From Bacteriovoracia bacterium (GTDB lineage Bacteria > Bdellovibrionota > Bacteriovoracia > Bacteriovoracales > Bacteriovoracaceae), in assembly GCA_046570105.1 (NCBI GenBank), contig JBKHVI010000069.1:1-12322 (forward strand): 12,322 bases of DNA, read 5' to 3'. Positions 1 to 8,592 of the stretch are shown one piece after another. Position numbers and translations under genes: made by a program. Below the pieces are notes generated by a model. The model was not told the DNA's origin and searched no databases. It was given only the letters and a program-made list of their open reading frames with translations. How positions within the stretch are numbered: position 1 is the first letter of the stretch; each line of letters begins with the position of its first letter.

Positions 1-168
1 AACTCGTCCATTGCGAAGGTGATCTTCTACTTCTTCCAATTCATTAATGCTGAGATTAGTCAGCTCACTGACTTCACTTTTAAACTCGAAGGAAGTTTCC
101 TTGGTGCCGGAGTCTTTTCCACAGGCCGATAAAAGAAGCGTCAAAGTTAAAAGAAGTAGAGTCTTCAT
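1..168 (-). CDS. Putative lipoprotein (N-terminal 56 aa; gene runs off the window edge)
   Basis: Read manually, as it is absent from the ORF track. ATG at 168-166 overlaps the upstream TAA (TAATG). It translates as MKTLLLLTLTLLLSACGKDSGTKETSFEFKSEVSELTNLSINELEEVEDHLRNGRV, open to the edge, with a hydrophobic signal and lipobox LSA-C. Confidence 0.85.
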   Translation of the reverse strand, partial: MKTLLLLTLTLLLSACGKDSGTKETSFEFKSEVSELTNLSINELEEVEDHLRNGRV

Positions 169-1586
169 TAGAACCACCAGTTTTGGATTCGACTTGAACC
201 ATCAAACGTGTAGGTCACGTTAATGGTAAAGAGGAGATCGTTTTTCTTGAAGCTTGAAAGAATTCTGTCATCACGAACATCAGTGCTCTTGCTAAAGACT
301 GCATTTTTCGCATTTCTCCATTCCAGCTCTGGACGGAAGAAGAATTTGTCGTAGTAGAAGTAAGTGCCGACCCCATAGCGTAAAAGTCCACCGTGGGACT
401 TTGTTTCGTCATCTGTTCTGAGACGATGGGCGGATTCTTCACCATTAAAGAGAAAATGCTCACTTTGCTGTTTTAGTAAAAGATAAGGTACGACGTCGTC
501 ATTAAGTTGGTAGCCAAGCTTCATAGAGACGCCATGGCCAACTTTATTAATCCAGTCTTGTGGCTCTCCAAAATAGTCACTGAAGATCGGCTCGAAAGGA
601 GTGAGATCATTGAACCAATTTGTGGAGCGGTTGAGACGGTATGGGTTTTTCCCTGCACGGGTCATGGTCGCTTCGACTTCAACTAAGAAAGTGTTGTTAA
701 ATTTCTTAAAGAAAAGCGCTGATGCCGCGTTTTCTATGAGAGTTCCTGTTTCTTCAGAATTGTCTTGATCGATATATTGCAAACTATAACGACTTGTAGA
801 ATCAAAGAATAAGTAGCCTGCCTTATAGGCATTCATCTGGCGTCTCTCCCACGAGTCAGCATTGGGGTTTGAGACAATATCAAAGCTTGAATTCGTAGGA
901 TAAAGATAGGTTGCCACGCCAATACCGGCATAGAGCTGATGGCCATTATTATTCCATGACACTTCTAGGCCTGGAACCGTTTTGCTAATGACTTTTTCAC
1001 TTCCGGCCGGTGCCGCCGCAATGCTGGAAGGGGATCCTTCGATATAATTAATGGTGGTCACACTAGGTGTGCCAAATTCATCGCCAACGTCAGTTCTAAA
1101 GTTGAAAGGGTAGAAAGTACCCATGAAGCTATTGTTAAAATTATAGGAAACAAAGGTGTCATCGCTATCGATATCGGGACCAAGATTGGTTCCCCCTTCT
1201 CGTTGATCATCAGTCTGTAAATCTAGATCGAGTTGAAATGCGAGGGATTGAAAACGCTTCGAAAAAATAAATTCAAATGTTGAAGTCTGGTTATTAAAAC
1301 GGTTTTCTGATGGATTGGTCACAAAACGCATGCGAGCAAAAGTCGTTTTTTCTGTGTGATAACGAAACGCCATCTCGATGCGCGTTTGGTCGCCGATTTC
1401 GGTTTTGCGAGAAGAACTATAAACATCGTCACGGACAATCACGCGATCGAGCAGAAGCTCATTGAGCTTGATCGAATCGGGATCAAGCGGAGTTGCACCG
1501 CGGATAATGTTTTGTTGAGTGAGAACTTGAGCGTGTACGTTGAACGCAGCAAGAGTAATAACGGCAAATGAAAGTAAATAGCGCAT
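168..1586 (-). CDS. Secreted protein, probable outer-membrane beta-barrel/porin-like, function unknown
   Basis: 472 aa with a Sec signal (MRYLLSFAVITLAAFNVHA-Q). Many alternating amphipathic aromatic-rich strands (LAFQLDLDLQ, VSMKLGYQL, LRYGVGTYFYY, FTINVTYTF) and a C-terminal Phe. AAGGA RBS upstream. Confidence 0.7.
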   Translation of the reverse strand: MRYLLSFAVITLAAFNVHAQVLTQQNIIRGATPLDPDSIKLNELLLDRVIVRDDVYSSSRKTEIGDQTRIEMAFRYHTEKTTFARMRFVTNPSENRFNNQTSTFEFIFSKRFQSLAFQLDLDLQTDDQREGGTNLGPDIDSDDTFVSYNFNNSFMGTFYPFNFRTDVGDEFGTPSVTTINYIEGSPSSIAAAPAGSEKVISKTVPGLEVSWNNNGHQLYAGIGVATYLYPTNSSFDIVSNPNADSWERRQMNAYKAGYLFFDSTSRYSLQYIDQDNSEETGTLIENAASALFFKKFNNTFLVEVEATMTRAGKNPYRLNRSTNWFNDLTPFEPIFSDYFGEPQDWINKVGHGVSMKLGYQLNDDVVPYLLLKQQSEHFLFNGEESAHRLRTDDETKSHGGLLRYGVGTYFYYDKFFFRPELEWRNAKNAVFSKSTDVRDDRILSSFKKNDLLFTINVTYTFDGSSRIQNWWF

Positions 1587-1728
1587 GAATGTCCTTTTCT
1601 GGCGGCGAGATTAGGAAAAAAGACACGCTAAGAAAAGGCGAATTGAAGAAAAAACACAGAGATAACAAATATTTAACAGTGCCACTTTGGCACCGAAAAT
1701 GGCTTAAAATCATTCATGGAAAGGACAG

Positions 1729-1754
1729 GCGACTAAAGCTTGGAATTTAGTCGC
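1729..1754. terminator. Inverted repeat GCGACTAAA-N8-TTTAGTCGC (possible terminator or operator)
   Basis: Perfect 9-bp stem with an 8-nt loop, about 50 nt downstream of the minus-strand stop at 1804. The following U-tract is weak (CTGTCCTTT), so its function is uncertain. Confidence 0.35.
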
Positions 1755-1803
1755 GCTTAAGGGGAGAAAATCTTACATAGTGCCAAGAAACTGCATGCCA
1801 AAG

Positions 1804-2486
1804 TTATGGCGTTAATGCTCGTCGCTTCACAAGGGCCTGGTAAACAGCTTCGGCAAAATACGCATCTGGAGCAAATTGATAAGTCCAATGGGTGGTCGGA
1901 TGCTTAATGACCTGTGCGTTAATGATCTGATAGCGCTCCACATATTTCTCCATCAAGGGCCTTAAAATGGCATTTTGTAGTTTTTGGCGCGCTTCCACCA
2001 ATGTCGCGAAATAGGTGACTTGTCCTTGAACTTTTCCTTGTTCAATTTTCTTAATCAATTGGTCTAGGCGTGAATGCAAAATATAGCTCAGTCCTGCAAA
2101 ATACATCAGTTCAACCCCGCAGCTCGTAAGACGTTGATCTGCGTTTTTTGCTCGGAAAGGGATATCAACTGTGTTCAAGACAGGATCATAGCGGCGCATG
2201 ACTGTTAGGATGCGATTATAGAGACTCAAATTGCTTTCATCAGAGTTCCTGATAGCACGGTCAACAAAGAGATCTTTATTAAGTGCATTCTTGAGTTGTT
2301 GAGCATCTTTGATTTTGAGATAGGGCTTTTACTGGCGAGCTTCTGTACTTCTCGCTCAATGGCTTTTAAGGGAATTCCCACATTGATGAGGACCTCATCT
2401 GTTTGTTGAAATTGCGCGGGGCCTCGGCCTCTAGGCGAACAAGCAGAAACGAGCAAAACCAAACTGATCGCAATAATTGAACGCAT
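1804..2486 (-). pseudogene. Single ~227-aa lipoprotein gene split by a 1-nt frameshift near 2323-2330 (track ORFs 2226..2486 and 1804..2229)
   Basis: The 5' ORF has a GAGGAG RBS and lipobox VSA-C. The frame of the 3' ORF is open upstream of its TTG as far as 2328 (PYLKIKDAQQLKNALNKDLFVDRAIRNSDESNLSLYNR). Adding one base in the AAAAGCCC run joins the two frames. Confidence 0.65.
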
Positions 2487-2513
2487 GACTTCTCCTCAAT
2501 ACTAGACCTCGCT

Positions 2514-2541
2514 TTATCGGTGACTTGGCCGAATAGGTTGA
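2514..2541 (-). promoter_or_regulatory. Candidate sigma28/FliA (SigD-type) promoter TCAA-N16-ACCGATAA
   Basis: Close to the TAAA-N15/16-GCCGATAA consensus and 27 nt upstream of the ATG at 2486, in the correct orientation. Confidence 0.55.
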
Positions 2542-2634
2542 TTACCTGAGCGGAGGGATCAGCAGCTTGAATTCTTGCATTAAGAGATATTCCTTTTACA
2601 CTTACAGCATATTGAAATTTCTTTGCGAGGATTT

Positions 2635-3501
2635 ATGAAACTCATCGTTTTCACTCTCTTGGTTTTAAACTCTTTTTCAGTCTTGGGGGTTGATTGGCAA
2701 GGCCATCGAGGGGCAAGGGGCCTATTTCCGGAAAACACCACTGAGGCGATGCTTGAGGCACTCAAATATCCCATAACGACACTCGAGCTCGATGTGGTAG
2801 TTGCGAAAGACAATGTTGTAATGGTTAGCCATGAGCCGTGGATGTCATCCGAGATTTGTCTTGATCTGAAAGGGAATTCCGTCAAAGAGAAGGCAATTAA
2901 TCTCTATAAACTTACTTCAGATGAGATTATTAAATATGACTGCGGATCTAAAAAACATGACCGCTTTCCCCAGCAGAAAAAAATGAAAACGTTTAAGCCA
3001 CGTTTGGAAAAATTACTGTCTGAGACAGAGAAAGTCATTCTTCAGAAGAATCTTCAGATTAATTATAATATTGAAATCAAATCTACGCCGGAAGATGAGC
3101 GCGATGGCTTTCAGCCTGATGTGGCGAAGTTTACCGACCTTGTGATTGCCACTATTATTCGCAAAGTGGATCCTTCACGAGTCACTATTCAATCATTCGA
3201 TTGGCGTGTTTTAAAATATTTGCATAAGGCCTACCCGACTTGGAAAACCGTCGCCTTGATCGAAGAAAGTTTTACTCCAGAAAAGGTGCTCAAAGATCTT
3301 GGTTTTATTCCCACCGTTTTTTCTCCTTATTTCAAAGAACTAACAGTGGAGAAAATTAAGTTCTTCCAAAAAAAGGGAGTACAAGTTATTCCATGGACTG
3401 TGAACGAAGTCAGTGACATGGAGAAAATGCTTAAAATGGGCGTGGATGGCATAATTACGGATTACCCAGACAGAATCACTAAGGTAAAAAAATCCCCCTA
3501 A
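2635..3501 (+). CDS. glpQ: Glycerophosphodiester phosphodiesterase (GDPD family), with signal peptide
   Basis: Motifs GHRGARGLFPENT, ELDVVVAKD, SHEP, NIEIK, IQSFD, PWTVN and GVDGIITDYP. ATG 2635 follows GAGG and is preferred to TTG 2623. The N-terminus is hydrophobic. Confidence 0.93.
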   Translation: MKLIVFTLLVLNSFSVLGVDWQGHRGARGLFPENTTEAMLEALKYPITTLELDVVVAKDNVVMVSHEPWMSSEICLDLKGNSVKEKAINLYKLTSDEIIKYDCGSKKHDRFPQQKKMKTFKPRLEKLLSETEKVILQKNLQINYNIEIKSTPEDERDGFQPDVAKFTDLVIATIIRKVDPSRVTIQSFDWRVLKYLHKAYPTWKTVALIEESFTPEKVLKDLGFIPTVFSPYFKELTVEKIKFFQKKGVQVIPWTVNEVSDMEKMLKMGVDGIITDYPDRITKVKKSP

Positions 3502-3548
3502 GCTGCGATTCAAGGCCCATGCTAAATTATTACTGGGGGAGACTGCGC

Positions 3549-4127
3549 ATGAGAATTATTACCTTTTTAGGCCTACTCATATCATTACCAAGTTTGGCGC
3601 AGATTCCCTGTGATAGATCACTCACTATCTCCAATGAAAAGATTGAAGCCTTAAGTCAGCAAGTCTTGCAAGCAACTCAAGAGAGCTATGCCAAAGTCGT
3701 GGCACTCAAGGTTAAACATGCTGGATCTGGGGATCTATCTATTTTGTTAAATGAGGACAACGAAGTTGTTGCTGTCCGTTTTAATTATAGTGATGGCAAA
3801 GATGTACAAGTTCTTAACGTGACAGCTGCTGAACTTAATCAAGGGAAGGCCCTGCAATACCCGGGGCCTGATGGGGCAGTCTCACCGTTACGGTTATCAG
3901 TGGTTCGTCCTCCAGGGCTGAATCCTGCAACTGGTGGAACTTTTAATATTGATATTGCGACTGATATTGAGCCAGTTAAGCTGAAAAGCTATAAGCTACA
4001 ACTTGGAAAAACGGGTAATACCTGGACGGTAGGTCAGGGAAATGCCCGAGTGAAAGATGTGATCATTCACCCAGGCATTAGTTGGGCATCATGGGACGGT
4101 ACGTTTCAAAAAATCGAATTTGAGTAA
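3549..4127 (+). CDS. Secreted hypothetical protein
   Basis: ATG 3549 follows GGGGAG and begins a signal peptide MRIITFLGLLISLPSLA-Q (track start 3519). The mature part is beta-rich with no recognised motif. Confidence 0.8.
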   Translation: MRIITFLGLLISLPSLAQIPCDRSLTISNEKIEALSQQVLQATQESYAKVVALKVKHAGSGDLSILLNEDNEVVAVRFNYSDGKDVQVLNVTAAELNQGKALQYPGPDGAVSPLRLSVVRPPGLNPATGGTFNIDIATDIEPVKLKSYKLQLGKTGNTWTVGQGNARVKDVIIHPGISWASWDGTFQKIEFE

Positions 4128-4442
4128 TTAGCGCTCGTAGCAATTAATAAACTCATTCACAAAACGAACACGGTCGTTAAAGTCGCGTAGCCAGAATGTG
4201 CGTGAGCGGCTCATTCCACGGTAAATTGTTTCCCAGTAATATTCAGACTGATATCCACCACGCTCACTTTGAATGCTAATAGTGCCTCGGCATTCAATAT
4301 CAGTTTCAGTGGTGTTCCAGATTTCAACCTGAACTTGATTATTGAAATTCCAAATCCGAGGACGGATATGCACCATGTCGCCTGGACGATCAAAGGCCTG
4401 TGCCAGAGATACACTAAAGAGTAGAGCGATAAGCCATTTCAT
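4128..4442 (-). CDS. Small secreted hypothetical protein (104 aa, two Cys)
   Basis: GGGAGG RBS and signal peptide MKWLIALLFSVSLAQA-F. Its stop abuts the stop of the convergent gene (TAATTA at 4125-4130). Confidence 0.82.
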   Translation of the reverse strand: MKWLIALLFSVSLAQAFDRPGDMVHIRPRIWNFNNQVQVEIWNTTETDIECRGTISIQSERGGYQSEYYWETIYRGMSRSRTFWLRDFNDRVRFVNEFINCYER

Positions 4443-4654
4443 TGGGCCTCCCTTAATAAATTGTTTAAATCAGGTTATCTAGTACTTGGGTTAGTTGTCT
4501 AACCTGTAGTGACTTGAATAATGGCCGACAAATTAAGGCGGTCTACGTAAAAACATTAAGTTAAACTCTTTGAATGTACATGCGATATAGAATGTAACAG
4601 GTCGAATTAGAGTTTATTCACCTTGTAGAGCTAGCATGTACGTTGAGGAGAATT

Positions 4655-5104
4655 ATGCGTAAGTACCAAGTCCTTTTAGTCGATGATGAAGCTGAGATAA
4701 GAGATTGCTTGCAGCTCTTGGCCTCACAATCTGAGCTCGAATTTGAGCAGGCCTCCGATGGTGAAATCGGACTCGAAATGATTCTTAAGAAGACCTATGA
4801 CTGTGTTGTCAGCGATATAAAAATGCCTCGCATGAATGGCATAGAAATGTTGAAACGTGTCCGTCAGGCCGGCAATGATGTACCGATTGTATTTGTCTCG
4901 GCGTTTGCCACCGAAGACTTTGCTCATCAGGTGAGTGAGTATGGCGCCGTTAAACTTTTGCACAAACTAGAAATTCTCAAAGTTCGTGAACGCATTCAAG
5001 AAGCGATTGAGCTCGCCCAAGAATTGCGCGAGATTCACAAAAAGCATGATGTGATGGGCGAGGAGTTCATTCAGTTGTTGCATCGAACGGGACCTGGAAA
5101 GTAA
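4655..5104 (+). CDS. Stand-alone response regulator receiver (CheY-like) protein
   Basis: LLVDDE acidic pair, SDIKMPRMNG phosphoacceptor Asp, FVSA Ser and HK Lys. ATG 4655 follows GAGGAG. There is no output domain, only a short helical tail. Confidence 0.92.
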   Translation: MRKYQVLLVDDEAEIRDCLQLLASQSELEFEQASDGEIGLEMILKKTYDCVVSDIKMPRMNGIEMLKRVRQAGNDVPIVFVSAFATEDFAHQVSEYGAVKLLHKLEILKVRERIQEAIELAQELREIHKKHDVMGEEFIQLLHRTGPGK

Positions 5105-5116
5105 CATTGTCCTTAA

Positions 5117-5719
5117 ATGGATGCTCACACACATAAATTCTCTAATGAGGCCCATGCCTATGTGCTCTCACCTAGTGAACTCAAATTAAAAAACACTTTA
5201 AGTGAACGCGTCTGCGCTGGTATTCATCCTTGGTATGTCGAGGCCGGAGACTGGGAGAGTGTGTTGTGGTGGAGCAAGCAAGGCCAATGTAAAGCGATTG
5301 GAGAGTGCGGGCTAGATCGTCTTCATCCTCAATGGGAACTTCAGTTGCGGATATTCCAAAATCATTGGGATTTAAGCGAAGAAATAAAAAAACCACTGGT
5401 ACTGCATATCGTGCGAGCAAGTAGTGACCTCTTAGCACTCATGAAGAGGCGCAAACCTCAATTGCCTTGGCTGTGGCATGACTTCACAGGACCCATTGAA
5501 GCGATCCCAAAGATTTTAAAACTTCATCCCCAGATGCATTTTTCTTGTGGCCCCAGAAGTATTCAACGTCCACAGTTCAAAATGCTGTGGGAGCAACTTC
5601 CGTCTCAGCAGAGAATGATTGAGACGGATGATTCAGGCCAAGATATTCGACAAGTGCTCCATGACTCGGGGGCAAATGAGTCAGAGGTGAGAGCGAATTT
5701 CGAGCGCTTCTTTAAATAA
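5117..5719 (+). CDS. tatD: TatD-family hydrolase/DNase
   Basis: Motifs DAHTH, GIHPW, IGECGLD, PLVLH, WHDFTG and IETD. At 200 aa it is a short member of the family. Confidence 0.9.
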   Translation: MDAHTHKFSNEAHAYVLSPSELKLKNTLSERVCAGIHPWYVEAGDWESVLWWSKQGQCKAIGECGLDRLHPQWELQLRIFQNHWDLSEEIKKPLVLHIVRASSDLLALMKRRKPQLPWLWHDFTGPIEAIPKILKLHPQMHFSCGPRSIQRPQFKMLWEQLPSQQRMIETDDSGQDIRQVLHDSGANESEVRANFERFFK

Positions 5720-6905
5720 CCTCCACGAGCACAAATTTCAAATAGCGCATTTCTTGCAGGGCCAGAGGCCATGTGTGATCTTCTGGCTGACCTCGCACGA
5801 CAATAACTCGTCCACGACGACGGGCCTTGCTTAGTGATTCTTGCACCAGCTCGACGAATAAATCAAAGCTGATATGGCCTGAACAACTTGAAGCCGCAAA
5901 CAGACCACCGGGAGCGACCAATTTAATCGAATCGCTAAAAATATTGATATAGGCCTCTCGGGCCGATTCAACTGACTTGGCGTTGGGAGCAAAAGAAGGT
6001 GGGTCGGTAATAACAAAATCCCAAGTTCTTTTCTCAGTGCGTGCTTCGATGACCCATTTAAAAGCATCGGCGGCAATGCCTTCATGTTTAGCGGGAGTCA
6101 GTCCATTAATATCCCAATTCAATTGCGCCGCTTCGATGGCTTTTTCGGCGATATCCACAGTCGTGACTTGGGTCGCGCCACCTAGGCCCGCAAAAACTGA
6201 GAAACCACCGGTGTAACCAAAAATATTTAAAAGTGTTTTTCCGCGCGCAAGATCTCCTACTAATTTTCGATTATCTCGCTGATCAAGAAAAAAACCTGTT
6301 TTGGCGGCATCGATTAAGTGAGTTTCAAACACCACACCGTTTTCATGAAAGCGCAATTGCGTGAGATCAATTTCTCCATCAATCAGCACTTCACCTTTGT
6401 CTTGCTCGTTATTGCGTCGCTTGAGATAGATTGTCTGAAGGCCAATATCTGTTTCCATGAGCCACTTAGCAATTTTAGTGGGATCCCAGAAATTATTAGC
6501 GGCTTCACCGTCGAGTTTAATTACTGCTACTTTGGCGTAGATGTCGCAAACGAGTCCTGGTAACTCATCACCTTCGCCATTAAATAAACGAAAAGAGTCC
6601 TGTACGCCAGGGCGATAGAGGTGGCGCTTCAAGTTGAGAGCACGTTCCATCCGCTCAATAATCGCAAACTCAGAAATTTTCTTCTCACCCAAAGTGAGCA
6701 TACGAAAAGAGAGGTTTATATTAGGGCAATAGTAGCCGGTGCCTAAGAATTCATCTTTTGGAGAATAGAGGTGAGCAAGCATGCCGGGAGATTTCTTCGG
6801 ACGATCCATGAGGGCATCGGCAAACACCCACGGATTGCCGCGTTTAATGTGCTTGGTGAGATCTCGTGAGAGTTTAAGTTTAATAGGAGTAGAGAGTTTA
6901 ATCAT
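5712..6905 (-). CDS. rlmI: RlmI-family 23S rRNA m5C methyltransferase (PUA + class I SAM domain)
   Basis: Motifs GNPWVF, RLFNGEGDELPGL, KTGFFLDQRDNR, FGYTGGFS, DPPSFA, catalytic SSCS and PEDH...YLK. Confidence 0.9.
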   Translation of the reverse strand: MIKLSTPIKLKLSRDLTKHIKRGNPWVFADALMDRPKKSPGMLAHLYSPKDEFLGTGYYCPNINLSFRMLTLGEKKISEFAIIERMERALNLKRHLYRPGVQDSFRLFNGEGDELPGLVCDIYAKVAVIKLDGEAANNFWDPTKIAKWLMETDIGLQTIYLKRRNNEQDKGEVLIDGEIDLTQLRFHENGVVFETHLIDAAKTGFFLDQRDNRKLVGDLARGKTLLNIFGYTGGFSVFAGLGGATQVTTVDIAEKAIEAAQLNWDINGLTPAKHEGIAADAFKWVIEARTEKRTWDFVITDPPSFAPNAKSVESAREAYINIFSDSIKLVAPGGLFAASSCSGHISFDLFVELVQESLSKARRRGRVIVVRGQPEDHTWPLALQEMRYLKFVLVEVI

Positions 6906-7807
6906 AGTTTGAACCAGGTGACTTCGTGTTTATTGTGGTGCTGATGAATAACATGGCCTCCGAGTTCATCAATAAAGCGCTGAGTGGTGGCATGGTCAGT
7001 TTCGGCCTGAAATTTAAGCGTGCAAACAAAGTTTTTCACGCCCGCTTTCTCCCAGCGCTTAACCAGTTCCAAGAGACGCTCGGGATAACAAATAATATCC
7101 GAGAAAAACCAATCCACCGGAGGGAGAGTGGCGGGATCAAGGCCGAAGGCACTTTGCTCCAGCACCGTCACGTTAGGTAGCGTGGCGATGCGTGGTTCTA
7201 GCGGTGCTTTATCGACAGCAGTCACCTTGCCTCCAAAACTTTGCATCACCCAAGTCCAGCCACCGGGGCAGGCGCCCATATCCAGGAGATGCTCATGAGG
7301 TGCGGGAAGTTTACTGGCGTGGCAGGTGAAGAATTCCCAAAGTTTTAAATACGCTCTGGAGGGAGGATTGATTTGGTCTTCCTGAAAGGTCATTTCACCT
7401 AAAGGATAAAGCGAGCGTGTCGTTTGCGACGCCAAAATCAAATTCGGCTCCCACAACGTCCAGCCGCCCATCGGTTTTTCCGGACGGGTATGGAGAAAAG
7501 GAATCGGCTTAGTAGGGTAGTGTGGGAGCTCAGCTTGGATGAGTTCTGCACGTCGGTGATTTCCCACAGAATAAAGCGCCCAATTGCGGCCGAGGGCCTT
7601 TAATTTCTTGGCGCCATCTCCAATTGAGACAATCGGAAGCTCTAATACATTTAAAAAGCTCGCTTGCGCCCAGACGATATCAGCACGTGAGCCTTCTACC
7701 AAAAAGAGCCGGCCCCTCTCTTCCAGAATAGGGATGTTTTTAAAGGTGAGCTCTCCGCGCAAATCGGATTCATGCTCAAAAGGGGAAAGATAAAGGCTTT
7801 TTTCCAT
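6902..7807 (-). CDS. rlmM: RlmM-like (FtsJ/RrmJ family) rRNA 2'-O-methyltransferase
   Basis: Motifs PPSRAYLKLWE, LDMGACPGGWT, AVD, FSDI, LKF and HNKHEVT supply the K-D-K-E tetrad. ATG 7807 is preferred to TTG 7825. ATGA overlap with rlmI. Confidence 0.82.
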   Translation of the reverse strand: MEKSLYLSPFEHESDLRGELTFKNIPILEERGRLFLVEGSRADIVWAQASFLNVLELPIVSIGDGAKKLKALGRNWALYSVGNHRRAELIQAELPHYPTKPIPFLHTRPEKPMGGWTLWEPNLILASQTTRSLYPLGEMTFQEDQINPPSRAYLKLWEFFTCHASKLPAPHEHLLDMGACPGGWTWVMQSFGGKVTAVDKAPLEPRIATLPNVTVLEQSAFGLDPATLPPVDWFFSDIICYPERLLELVKRWEKAGVKNFVCTLKFQAETDHATTQRFIDELGGHVIHQHHNKHEVTWFKL

Positions 7808-7833
7808 GTGCGCGGCATGATACAAGGGCCCAC

Positions 7834-8592
7834 ATGACGAAGAAAGCCCCAGATACTGCCGATCGTGCCCTTGAGATGAAAATACATGGTTTAAATGCCT
7901 GTTTGGCCCTCTATAAGGGTCGACCCAGTGCCATTATCCGCCTCTATTTAAGCGAAAAGCGTCTCAAAGTGCTCTCGGACGTGGTTCGCCACTGTGTGGA
8001 GAAGAAGCTCGCCTATCATGTCGTCTCTGAAGAGGAGCTCAACGAAGTCTCGGGTGCCACTCACCATGAAGGTGTGTGCATGGTCATTCGTCGTAAGAAA
8101 AACGCCTCAGAAAGTGAGCTTAAAGTCCTCGCTCAGAGCGCGGGAGCTTGGCTGGCTTTAGAAGAAGTAGAAAATCCCCATAATCTCGGAGCGATTGTTC
8201 GCACCGCTGCTCACTTTGGTGTGAAGGCGATTTTCTTGATGGGCAAGAAGAGCTCTTGGCAAAATGGCGCTTTCTATCGAACCGCCGAAGGTGGCGCTGA
8301 AGCCGTCTTGATTTATCCGGTAGATAATTGGGCGCATTTATTAGAACTCAAAACCAAACTCGGTTTGACTCTGATGGCGACCAGTAGTCATAAGGGAAAA
8401 AATCTCTTTAAGCTTGAGCTGCCTAAAAAAGCTTTGTTCATGATGGGTGCAGAAGGCCGTGGCCTTTCGCCTGATGCTTTGAAAGCTGCTGAAGTGCTTT
8501 TACAAATTCCCGGCACAAACTCTGTGGAGAGTCTTAACGTCTCGACCGCTACGGCCGTTTTTATGGGTGAGTGGTTTAGGCCGAATTCTTAG
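7834..8592 (+). CDS. yfiF: SPOUT TrmH/SpoU-family RNA methyltransferase, YfiF-like
   Basis: Motifs ENPHNLGAIVRTAAHFG, MGAEGRGLS and VESLNVSTA. The N-domain HGLNAC...AYHVVSEEEL...SGATHHEGVC resembles YfiF as I recall it. Alternative start at 7876. Confidence 0.88.
   Translation: MTKKAPDTADRALEMKIHGLNACLALYKGRPSAIIRLYLSEKRLKVLSDVVRHCVEKKLAYHVVSEEELNEVSGATHHEGVCMVIRRKKNASESELKVLAQSAGAWLALEEVENPHNLGAIVRTAAHFGVKAIFLMGKKSSWQNGAFYRTAEGGAEAVLIYPVDNWAHLLELKTKLGLTLMATSSHKGKNLFKLELPKKALFMMGAEGRGLSPDALKAAEVLLQIPGTNSVESLNVSTATAVFMGEWFRPNS

Noticed and set aside
1679..1803. TGGCAC/TGGCAT motifs as sigma54 -24 boxes
   Set aside because: None has GC at the required -12 position (GG-N10-GC) on either strand. 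The best case is one base off.
1587..1803. Riboswitch in the long leader of the barrel gene
   Set aside because: I see no recognisable conserved riboswitch core. An Rfam/Infernal scan would be needed.
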